This document shows positions 9,906 to 18,201 of a DNA stretch of 64,000 bases, piece by piece. How positions within the stretch are numbered: the stretch's first letter is position 1; the number at the start of each line of letters is the position of its first letter. The position numbers and the translations under genes were made by a program. The stretch is from Lachnospiraceae bacterium (GTDB lineage: Bacteria > Bacillota > Clostridia > Lachnospirales > Lachnospiraceae), in the NCBI GenBank assembly GCA_045530835.1, contig JAZSCW010000047.1, positions 3,879-67,878 on the forward strand. Reading direction: 5' to 3'. Under the pieces are notes generated by a model. The model made no database searches and was not told the DNA's origin. It worked only from the letters and a program-made list of their open reading frames with translations.

Positions 9906-11162
9906 TTATTTGTTATTTTTAATCTTAAGAAATTCCGGTATCACAAGAGGTTTTTCCTCGACCACGGGCTTTACAGGCTGTTCTTTGCGAATAGGTGTAG
10001 GCGCAGGTCTTGTTACTGCAGTACGCGCTTCTGCAGGCTGTCCTGCTGATACGCTGCTCATAGAGGAATACGGTCTTGTAACGCTCTGGGACATATTCAA
10101 AGTACCCATATTCATTGTACCCATGTTAGTTCCTGTAACAGGACGATTTGCAGAAACAAATCCCCCCTGAAAACTTGTTCCGGGAACATACTTAATTCCT
10201 GTTGTTCCGGGTTGCGGAGCAATACCTGTTGCAATAACAGTAATCTTACAGGTATCAACATCATCCGCATTGTACATAGCACCAAAAATAATATTTACAT
10301 TATCACCGGTTAATTCCTGTACATAGCTTGCCGCAATGTTAGCATCGATAAGTGAAATATCACCTGAAACATTGATAATAACATCTGATGCGCCTTCAAT
10401 GGTTGTTTCAAGCAACGGACTCTCTACAGCCATCTTAATTGCTTCTTCTGCCTTATCTTCGCCCTTGCCCATACCAATACCGATATGTGCAATTCCTTTA
10501 TTCGTCATAACCGTCTGAACGTCAGCAAAGTCAAGATTAATGACGGAAGGAATGTTAATCAAATCCGTAATACCGGACACTGCCTGTTGCAACACTTCAT
10601 CAGCCTTCTTTAATGCATCCGGCATTGTTGTTTTGCGATCAACAATCTGTAATAATTTCTCATTCGGAATAACGATTAAAGTATCAACAAAATTCTTTAA
10701 CTTTTCAATACCAAGCTCTGCATTCTGCATTCTTCCTTTCGCTTCAAAACGGAAAGGTTTTGTAACAACACCAACCGTCAGAATGCCCATAGACTTCGAT
10801 AACTCTGCAACAATCGGAGCGGCACCGGTTCCGGTTCCTCCACCCATACCACATGTTACAAATACCATATCTGCATCCTGAATTGCTGCTGCGATTTCTT
10901 CACGGCTTTCTTCAGCAGCCATTTCTCCCACTTCAGGTCTTGCACCCGCACCAAGTCCTTTGGTCACTTTCTCGCCAATCTGAATCAATTTAGGAGCCTT
11001 ACATAACTGTAACGCCTGCTTGTCCGTATTCAGGCCGATAAACTCAACACCTGTAATATTCTCATCAATCATGCGGTTCACGGCATTATTTCCGGCACCA
11101 CCTACTCCTACTACAATAATTCTTGCTGCATTTGTCGCTTCATTTGTTCTGATTTCAATCAA
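9906..11162 (-). CDS. ftsZ: Cell division protein FtsZ
   Basis: [22 protein letters not shown] signature, INLDFADV, C-terminal IPEFLK. TTG start at 11162 after AAGGAGG. Confidence 0.98.
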   Translation of the reverse strand: MIEIRTNEATNAARIIVVGVGGAGNNAVNRMIDENITGVEFIGLNTDKQALQLCKAPKLIQIGEKVTKGLGAGARPEVGEMAAEESREEIAAAIQDADMVFVTCGMGGGTGTGAAPIVAELSKSMGILTVGVVTKPFRFEAKGRMQNAELGIEKLKNFVDTLIVIPNEKLLQIVDRKTTMPDALKKADEVLQQAVSGITDLINIPSVINLDFADVQTVMTNKGIAHIGIGMGKGEDKAEEAIKMAVESPLLETTIEGASDVIINVSGDISLIDANIAASYVQELTGDNVNIIFGAMYNADDVDTCKITVIATGIAPQPGTTGIKYVPGTSFQGGFVSANRPVTGTNMGTMNMGTLNMSQSVTRPYSSMSSVSAGQPAEARTAVTRPAPTPIRKEQPVKPVVEEKPLVIPEFLKIKNNK

Positions 11163-11343
11163 GGTTTTTTCCTCCTTAATATTCCTTTTCCGCTTACACA
11201 AATCTATCTTATTTGTTCTGTAATTTTCTCATTCTTATGTAAAAATAGCAATATGTACAATAAATACACATAAATAACCATATATTATCATATAATTTTT
11301 TTGTGATTTTATCAACCTATTTTTTACTTTTTCCTTATATTTC

Positions 11344-12201
11344 TTATTCATTTTCAGATGGAACTTCTGACTCTGCGGCATCTGAGGATTCATTTTCAGA
11401 TGCGACTTCCGATTCTTCCTCTACAAACGACTCCGGCACAGTATCGGATTCAAAAGTAATATCTTTTGCACTCGCTGAATAGGTTTCCATATGTAAAACC
11501 CCGCTTTTTCCCTGCAAAGAAGGCAGAATTGCCGCCAGTCGCATTACTTTTTCATCAATCTCACTTTCATCTCCCAAAATAACACGCACCTCATCAAAAT
11601 ACAACGTCATGGATTCCATCTGGTCAAAGTGAATCTTTGTTGCCGCAATTCCATGTTTTTGCAAAAGATTTGTCATATTTAACACTTTTTGAAAAATATC
11701 CGGATTTGCAACCGGTAACGGTTCATGTAATACAATATGATTGAATTTAAGACCTGAAACTTCCGGTATGGAAGGAGTTAAAACACTCGAATTTTCAACC
11801 ACAATCCCATCTTTGTCAAAATACATATAGGTACCTAAATAGCTTACATACCCGGCCAAAGCCTTCTCATAAACATTCACACAAATCGTGTGCCGGTCCT
11901 CAACAGTAACATCCATTCGTTCCACAAACGGAATGTCCGTAATACTTCTGTTGCGATATTTCATCATTAAAAAAATGGAATTTGCCCATGTATCCTCTGA
12001 AATCACAATCTCACGAATCTGCGCATCCGTGTAATGAATATTACCATCCACCTCAACATTTGTAACTTCAAAACTTCTTAAAAACACAAGGATACCTACA
12101 CCAAACAGTACCATAACTGCAGCAGCAATTCCGAAACGGGTCCATATGTACTTTTTTCTTCCGCCTTCAAAACGGCTGCTGAACTCATTCTTCATAAACA
12201 C
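11344..12201 (-). CDS. ftsQ: Cell division protein FtsQ/DivIB
   Basis: Single TM, then POTRA-like VEVDGNIHYTDAQI, YMYFDKDGIV; lies between ftsW and ftsZ. Confidence 0.8.
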   Translation of the reverse strand: MFMKNEFSSRFEGGRKKYIWTRFGIAAAVMVLFGVGILVFLRSFEVTNVEVDGNIHYTDAQIREIVISEDTWANSIFLMMKYRNRSITDIPFVERMDVTVEDRHTICVNVYEKALAGYVSYLGTYMYFDKDGIVVENSSVLTPSIPEVSGLKFNHIVLHEPLPVANPDIFQKVLNMTNLLQKHGIAATKIHFDQMESMTLYFDEVRVILGDESEIDEKVMRLAAILPSLQGKSGVLHMETYSASAKDITFESDTVPESFVEEESEVASENESSDAAESEVPSENE

Positions 12202-12203
12202 TC

Positions 12204-13370
12204 TTACCCTTCGCGCAATCTGCTTTTACGTGCAATACTTAATAACATTCCTACTTCTATCAGTAAAAATAGTACCGAAGAACCACCATAACTGATAAAA
12301 GGCAGTGAAACTCCCGTATTGGGAATTGTATTGGTTACAACGGCAATATTCAGAAGAATCTGAATCGCAAAATGTCCCATAATGCCTACCGCAACCATTG
12401 CCGAATACAAATCCTTTGCATTACTTGCAATCACCATACATCTCCACAAAAGGATGATGAAAAGAGTCATCACACTAAAAGCACCAAATAACCCCAATTC
12501 CTCACACAATACTGAAAATATCATATCATTCTGTGCTTCGGGAATATAATTCATCTTCTGAATACTCTGTCCGAGTCCTTTTCCGAAAACACCACCCGAA
12601 CCGATTGCATATAGTGACTGCAAGGTCTGAAATCCGGTTCCCTGCGAATAATTCTCCGGATGCACCCATGCAAAGATACGTGCAAAACGGAAATTCTGTG
12701 TAGGATCGGCAAACAATAAAATCCCACCGATTACAGTTGCCGCAAGAGTAGCGCCACCGACAACCACAATTAACGGATACTTAATACTCGGGCTTGCTAC
12801 CATCAACATCAGAATAGCGATTCCGTATATAATGATTGCACTACTCAGATTATCACTAATCACATAAACGCATGCAGCCATCGGCGCGGGTAACAAAAAG
12901 GCGATAAAAAAGCCTTTAAACGTTCCTAATTTCTTTCCCATTTTACACATAACATTAGCGTAAAAGAGAATCATACACAATTTAACCAACTCAGCCGGCT
13001 GCATCGTAAATACTTTCAGATTTAACCAACGAGTCGCACCATTTGCGGTAATACTCAGAGGTGTCAACAGCAAAAATATAAACACCAGACCGATTACATA
13101 CCAGGTTATGGTTCTTTTTCCCCAGACAGACACGGGAATGAATGAGCACACCAACATAGCAGCAATACCGAGTATCACGGCCTTAATCTGCTTTTTTAAG
13201 AAAAAGGCTGCATCACTGTACTCAATAGCGGCACTGTATGAACTGGCCGAGTAAATCATAATCATCCCAAATCCCAAAAGAAAAATAACTACCAAAAGAA
13301 GGGAATAATCAAAGTAATTTCCGACCTTTTCTCTTTTCTTACGTTCGCGTAATTTATTAACGGTATCCAC
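12204..13370 (-). CDS. ftsW: SEDS peptidoglycan polymerase FtsW/SpoVE
   Basis: GMIMIYSAS, NGATRW, QPAELVK, IPEAQNDMIF, IPNTGVSLPFISYGGSS. Confidence 0.93.
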   Translation of the reverse strand: MDTVNKLRERKKREKVGNYFDYSLLLVVIFLLGFGMIMIYSASSYSAAIEYSDAAFFLKKQIKAVILGIAAMLVCSFIPVSVWGKRTITWYVIGLVFIFLLLTPLSITANGATRWLNLKVFTMQPAELVKLCMILFYANVMCKMGKKLGTFKGFFIAFLLPAPMAACVYVISDNLSSAIIIYGIAILMLMVASPSIKYPLIVVVGGATLAATVIGGILLFADPTQNFRFARIFAWVHPENYSQGTGFQTLQSLYAIGSGGVFGKGLGQSIQKMNYIPEAQNDMIFSVLCEELGLFGAFSVMTLFIILLWRCMVIASNAKDLYSAMVAVGIMGHFAIQILLNIAVVTNTIPNTGVSLPFISYGGSSVLFLLIEVGMLLSIARKSRLREG

Positions 13371-14756
13371 TTAACAACCTCCCAAATCCTTAAGCTGCTC
13401 CACATATTCCTTAAACATTTTTCCTCTTACTTCATAATTCGGAAACATTCCCCAGCTTGCACATGCCGGAGAAAGTAAAACCGCATCTCCGCTTTGGGCT
13501 ACAGAAGCTGCAATCTGCACGGTCTCTTCCAAATCCTTTGCACGATAAATTTCTTTGAAACCATGCTTTCTTGCGCAGGCCTCAATTTTATCCGCAGTCT
13601 GACCAAGCAGTATCAAAGCCTTCACTTTGCCATCAAAAGCTTCAATCCACTCATCATAAGAACTGTCTTTATCATACCCTCCGCCGATTAAAACAGTCTT
13701 TTTGTTCATTGCCTGAATCCCTTTGATTGCCGCATCGGGATTGGTTCCCTTAGAATCATTATAATAATCCACACCGTTACAGGTACGCACATATTCAATT
13801 CTGTGCTCAACTGCACGGAATGATTTCACAGACTTAATAATTTCATCCATCGGAATCCCCAAAGCATGACACATAAGGATTGCTGCCATAACATTCTGTG
13901 CATTATGAACCCCTAACAGCTTCATTTCATCCATCTTAAAAAGTACCGTCTGCACACCGTTTTGCGCAAAAACAATTTCATTTTCACAAAGGAAACAACC
14001 GTCCTGAAGCTTTGTTTCTACTGAAAAATAGGAAACAGTAACATCAATTTCTTCCCCAATTTTTCTGGTGATTTCATCATCATAATTCAGGATACAATAA
14101 TCCGCTTTCGTCTGGTTCTTTGTAACCGCCTTTTTGGCCTCAATATAATTCTCCATCGTATGATGACGGTTCAAATGATCCGGCGTAATATTCAGGATTG
14201 CACTAATATGGGGATGAAACGTATGAATTGTTTCCAACTGAAAACTGCTCACCTCCGCAACAACAGCATCTTTTTCCTCAATCTGCAATGTGACTTCCGT
14301 ATAGGGAATTCCGATATTCCCTACCACATGTGCTTTGCCACGGTAATTCCTTATTATCTCACCCACAAGAGATGTCGTGGTTGTTTTACCGTTTGTTCCG
14401 GTAATAGCAATAATCTCTCCTTCTCCGGCAAGATAAGCCAGCTCTATCTCTCCGAGTATCTGTTTTCCTTTGGCGGCAAACCAGAGAGGAATTTCAGTAT
14501 CAAGCGCAATGCCCGGACTCACAAGTAAAAAATCAAATTTTTCCCGCTCTTGCTCCTGCAGTTCCCCAAGAATTACACGTGCAGACTCCCCATCAGCAAG
14601 ACGACTCTGCAACCCGATTACACCCAAATTAACATTTCCATCATACAATACAGGAACTGCACCGATTTGCAAAAGCAGATTATATGCTGCAACACCACTG
14701 ATTCCGGCGCCGAATACCAGCACTTTTTTGTCTTTCAGATTCATTTCTTTTTTCAT
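13371..14756 (-). CDS. murD: UDP-MurNAc-L-Ala--D-Glu ligase
   Basis: VSPGI, ITGTNGKTTT, EVSSFQLE, NDSKGTN, LLSPACASW. Start 14756 after AGGAG. Confidence 0.96.
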   Translation of the reverse strand: MKKEMNLKDKKVLVFGAGISGVAAYNLLLQIGAVPVLYDGNVNLGVIGLQSRLADGESARVILGELQEQEREKFDFLLVSPGIALDTEIPLWFAAKGKQILGEIELAYLAGEGEIIAITGTNGKTTTTSLVGEIIRNYRGKAHVVGNIGIPYTEVTLQIEEKDAVVAEVSSFQLETIHTFHPHISAILNITPDHLNRHHTMENYIEAKKAVTKNQTKADYCILNYDDEITRKIGEEIDVTVSYFSVETKLQDGCFLCENEIVFAQNGVQTVLFKMDEMKLLGVHNAQNVMAAILMCHALGIPMDEIIKSVKSFRAVEHRIEYVRTCNGVDYYNDSKGTNPDAAIKGIQAMNKKTVLIGGGYDKDSSYDEWIEAFDGKVKALILLGQTADKIEACARKHGFKEIYRAKDLEETVQIAASVAQSGDAVLLSPACASWGMFPNYEVRGKMFKEYVEQLKDLGGC

Positions 14757-14764
14757 ACAATCTC

Positions 14765-15721
14765 CTAAACTCCCAAAAGGGCAATCAGACATAACACGGC
14801 TGTAATAATAGTAAATACCGCAACCACCTTTGTTTCTTTCCATCCTTTTAATTCAAAATGATGATGAATAGGTGCCATTTTAAACAGACGTTTTCCCTTG
14901 GTTAATTTGAAATATCCCACCTGTAAAATAACGGAAACCACTTCAATCACATAAATAAAAGCAACAATAAGAATAAACAGCGGCATCTGTAAAACAATTG
15001 CACTCGCAGCTACAAAACCACCCAGTGCAAGCGAACCGGTGTCACCCATAAAAACACTTGCCGGATGAAAATTGAACAACAAAAATCCCAGCAGTGCACC
15101 TACCACTGCACAGGTGATTGGTTCAATCCCGCTTCCGGTTCCAATTGCAACCACAGAAAAGAAAGTTGCAATCATAACGGTAACAGAGGAGGCAAGACCA
15201 TCCAGACCATCGGTAAAATTCGCCCCGGTATCCGTTCCGATAATGGTAAGAACCAAAAAAGGCATGGTAAACCAACCCAAATCAAGTGAAAGCTCCGGAA
15301 AAAAAGGAACCTTCATAACCAACGGAATATCCGTATACATTTTGATATAAAACAAAAACACTCCTGTAATCAAAAGCTGCAAAGCCATCTTCTGCCATGC
15401 GCGAAGTCCCATGGAGCGCTTCAATACAACCTTGATATAATCATCCAGAAAACCGACCAGACCGAATCCCAGCGTCAAAAACAGAATCGGTATGATTTTC
15501 GGATAATCCTTAATATAAAACAAGGATGCCACCACGATAGAAAGTAAAATCATAATACCTCCCATGGTAGGTGTTCCTGATTTCTTCAGATGTGATTGCG
15601 GACCTTCCTCCCGAACAGTCTGACCCACTTTCAATCTTCGTAAAAACGGAATCATTAGCGGTCCTGAAATCACGCTTACCGCAAAGGCTATGATGACAGG
15701 AATGATAATATCATATTTCAT
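14765..15721 (-). CDS. mraY: Phospho-MurNAc-pentapeptide transferase
   Basis: KSGTPTMGG, NFTDGLDGL, FMGDTGSL, APIHHHFE. Confidence 0.97.
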   Translation of the reverse strand: MKYDIIIPVIIAFAVSVISGPLMIPFLRRLKVGQTVREEGPQSHLKKSGTPTMGGIMILLSIVVASLFYIKDYPKIIPILFLTLGFGLVGFLDDYIKVVLKRSMGLRAWQKMALQLLITGVFLFYIKMYTDIPLVMKVPFFPELSLDLGWFTMPFLVLTIIGTDTGANFTDGLDGLASSVTVMIATFFSVVAIGTGSGIEPITCAVVGALLGFLLFNFHPASVFMGDTGSLALGGFVAASAIVLQMPLFILIVAFIYVIEVVSVILQVGYFKLTKGKRLFKMAPIHHHFELKGWKETKVVAVFTIITAVLCLIALLGV

Positions 15722-15748
15722 TGTAAATCCTTTCATGAAGTGCAACCT

Positions 15749-16423
15749 TTATTTGGAATCATGCTCCGATTGCACCTTATCTTCATTATAATTCATTCCC
15801 TCCAAATAAGGAAGAATATTTTGGTATAGATTTTGAATAACGGGAGCCGCAATCTGTCCCCCATAGTAAACGCCTTGAGGCTTATGGATTACAACAAGCG
15901 CAATCACTTCAGGATCATTCGCCGGAGCAAATCCGATGAAAGATGCAATATATTTTCCGCTTGTTCGCGGAAGCGTCTGACTGGTTGCCGTTTTACCACC
16001 GATGCTGTACCCTTCCACATAAGCATTTTTTCCGCCGCCTTCCGAAACCACCTTTTCCAATAACTGCCGCAAGGTTTCACTCGTTGCCGCGGATACATGC
16101 CCCTCCGACTCCTCATATGTAAAAATCTCCCGCACGGAACCATCTTCATTCAAGGTTTCCATCGCAAGATGCGGTGTAATTCTCCGTCCCCCGTTTATCA
16201 ATTCCGAAACGGTTGTAATCAATTGAATCGGTGTAATCTGGAAAGACTGACCAAAAGCACAGGTGGCAAGTTCAACAGGCCCCATATTATCCGCTTTATG
16301 CATAATCGTCGCAGCCTCTCCCGGCAAATCAATTCCTGTTTTCAAAAACAGGCCAAATTGTGAAAAATAATGATAAAACTGTTCTACACCAAGTCTCAAT
16401 CCGACCGCTATAAAAACAGGGTT
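15749..16423 (-). CDS. spoVD: 3' part (224 aa) of split spoVD class B penicillin-binding protein
   Basis: The frame starts NPVFIAVGLRLG at 16423 with no start or RBS of its own. It contains KTGIDLPGE, FGQSF, GGKTATSQ and YYGGQIAAP, the C-terminal half of a transpeptidase domain. Confidence 0.9.
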   Translation of the reverse strand, partial: NPVFIAVGLRLGVEQFYHYFSQFGLFLKTGIDLPGEAATIMHKADNMGPVELATCAFGQSFQITPIQLITTVSELINGGRRITPHLAMETLNEDGSVREIFTYEESEGHVSAATSETLRQLLEKVVSEGGGKNAYVEGYSIGGKTATSQTLPRTSGKYIASFIGFAPANDPEVIALVVIHKPQGVYYGGQIAAPVIQNLYQNILPYLEGMNYNEDKVQSEHDSK

Positions 16424-16437
16424 CCCTGTGTTTATGA
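16409..16437. other. attR-type junction of the spoVD-intervening element
   Basis: Minus strand TCATAAACACAGGG-AA-CCCTGTTTTTATA. Core AA at 16422-16423; imperfect inverted repeat around the core. Confidence 0.88.
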
Positions 16438-16507
16438 TTCTTACACATTTCTAATGCAAAATACATTATAACCCAATTTTATATTTTACACCTATCCTAT
16501 CTTTTTT

Positions 16508-18007
16508 TCAATCATCACGCTTGAAATCTTTCAATTCTCCTTCCGGATCAACAATTATCTTATCGATATTCTCTAACGAATTACGGGCAAACGCATGTCT
16601 GATGATTTCCCCGTAACGCAAACCATCGCTGATTTGTTGCAGGAAATCCGCTTCTTTCTCCTCTTGTGTTTTTTCATTTTCAAGTTGCAAAATCTCATTT
16701 TCCAGCTTTTTTGCATAGCGCTGATAATCCTCCTGCGACACAATCCCGGCAAGATACTTTTCCAACAAAAGATCTTTCCTCTGCTTTTTTTGAGCAATCA
16801 GTTGTTTTGTACCTTTCATGTTTTTCTGCCTCATTTTACGGTTCCATGTCTTGCGAAAAAGTTCTATTACCTGCTTTGCAATTATCTCTGTCTGTTCTTC
16901 TGTTAAGTCTTTGGTAAGCTTGTTATATACAGTTGACTGCTTAACATATCTGTTGCGACAACCTCCTTGTTGTATGTTCGAACCATGTCCAAGATAAGTA
17001 GAACATTTCCATATTCCGGTTTGACTCTTGCCACTTTTTCCCACATGATAATAAGGTTTATTGCAAATACCGCAAATCAATTTTCCGGATAAATCATATC
17101 GTCCCGCCGTCATCTTTAAGGAATTCCTTTTTTGATAAACTGACGCACGATGATTCAGAATCTTCAAAATTCTCGCGTGATATTCCGGCGTTATAATCTC
17201 AGGGAGTGCATGTTCAATAATGATCTGTTTTTCCTCAGGAATCTCCATCCTTTTTTTACTTGCAAAATCATATTCGCTTTTGCGAACCGTCATCGTACCG
17301 TGTGCCCGTGGTGACAGCAACATATTGCGCCACTGCACGGCAGAAATCGCACCGCCGCTCCTGCTCCTTGCCCCCATTTCATACAGAATTCCGGCAATCC
17401 TTTGATATCCGTACCCGGCTTCAGCAAGACCAAATGCCGCACGATACCATCCTGCCTCCTCTTCGTTAAGTATGTATGTATCTTTTCCTGTTTTATCCCA
17501 TCCAAACATTTCACGTGTAATGTTATATCCGGTCTTTTTCTCCTGTCTGCGTTTATGGGCATTTTTAATTTTTTTGGACAATTCACGGCTGAAATCTTCT
17601 GCAAGTATCGCTTTAATTCCATTCAAAAGACTGTCGTCCGCTTCATAGTATTTTCTCTCAAGATACATATAAAGACGCACCTGATTACGTGTAATACAAT
17701 CCAGAAAAAGATACCAGTCCTTTGCATTACGCATCAGGCGGTCAATGGATTTAATTACAATCAATGTAAAACAGTGCGCCTCAATTCCTGCAAGCATTTT
17801 CTGATATTCCGGACGATTTTTTGCTGTTGTCCCGGACTGTGTTTCAACATACTGGGCAACTAACTTCCATTCCGGATTCATTTGTACGATTTCACGGCTC
17901 TCTTCTGCCTGTATGGCAAGTGCATTTACCTGCTGTTCTTCCTCTGTACTGCAACGGTTATAGATGCAAACAAATTCCATCTCTGGCCCTTTCTGCCGGT
18001 TTCTCAT
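16508..18007 (-). CDS. Large serine recombinase (SpoIVCA/CisA-like; resolvase, recombinase and zinc-ribbon domains)
   Basis: Catalytic IYNRCST, RPEYQKML, KSIDRLMRN, AEDFSRELSKKI, LSGKLICGIC...WKC...GC zinc ribbon, then coiled coil. An alternative start is ATG 17980 (MEFVCIY). Confidence 0.95.
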   Translation of the reverse strand: MRNRQKGPEMEFVCIYNRCSTEEEQQVNALAIQAEESREIVQMNPEWKLVAQYVETQSGTTAKNRPEYQKMLAGIEAHCFTLIVIKSIDRLMRNAKDWYLFLDCITRNQVRLYMYLERKYYEADDSLLNGIKAILAEDFSRELSKKIKNAHKRRQEKKTGYNITREMFGWDKTGKDTYILNEEEAGWYRAAFGLAEAGYGYQRIAGILYEMGARSRSGGAISAVQWRNMLLSPRAHGTMTVRKSEYDFASKKRMEIPEEKQIIIEHALPEIITPEYHARILKILNHRASVYQKRNSLKMTAGRYDLSGKLICGICNKPYYHVGKSGKSQTGIWKCSTYLGHGSNIQQGGCRNRYVKQSTVYNKLTKDLTEEQTEIIAKQVIELFRKTWNRKMRQKNMKGTKQLIAQKKQRKDLLLEKYLAGIVSQEDYQRYAKKLENEILQLENEKTQEEKEADFLQQISDGLRYGEIIRHAFARNSLENIDKIIVDPEGELKDFKRDD

Positions 18008-18149
18008 CCATCGTTATCTGTTGCTCTTCTTCCGTCATTAGGGAAGCGACATAAACATGGAACTGCTGCATGAGAGAAGCGTCAATAACCCCTTCTTCAT
18101 ACAGCAGTGTTCCGATGATATTCATTATTTTCAATTCGTTTCTTCTCAT
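17958..18149 (-). CDS. Small protein upstream of and overlapping the recombinase; candidate excision/directionality factor
   Basis: 63-aa ORF starting right after the sigma-E-like promoter; LLYEEGVID segment is SHOCT-like. Function inferred from position only. Confidence 0.5.
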   Translation of the reverse strand: MRRNELKIMNIIGTLLYEEGVIDASLMQQFHVYVASLMTEEEQQITMDEKPAERARDGICLHL

Positions 18150-18172
18150 ATGCTGTCCCGGCTTTTTTTACT

Positions 18173-18201
18173 ACTATATGCAGAAAAAAAGCATTCTATT
18201 C
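18173..18201 (-). promoter_or_regulatory. Putative sigma-E promoter of the small ORF-recombinase unit
   Basis: GAATA-16 bp-CATATAGT, the same geometry as B. subtilis PspoIID (TCATA-16-CATAGACT). Confidence 0.7.

Noticed and set aside
11163-11343. Absence of ftsA between ftsQ and ftsZ (also murF/murG/murC from the cluster)
   Set aside because: Reduced dcw clusters are common in Clostridia, and the genes may be elsewhere.
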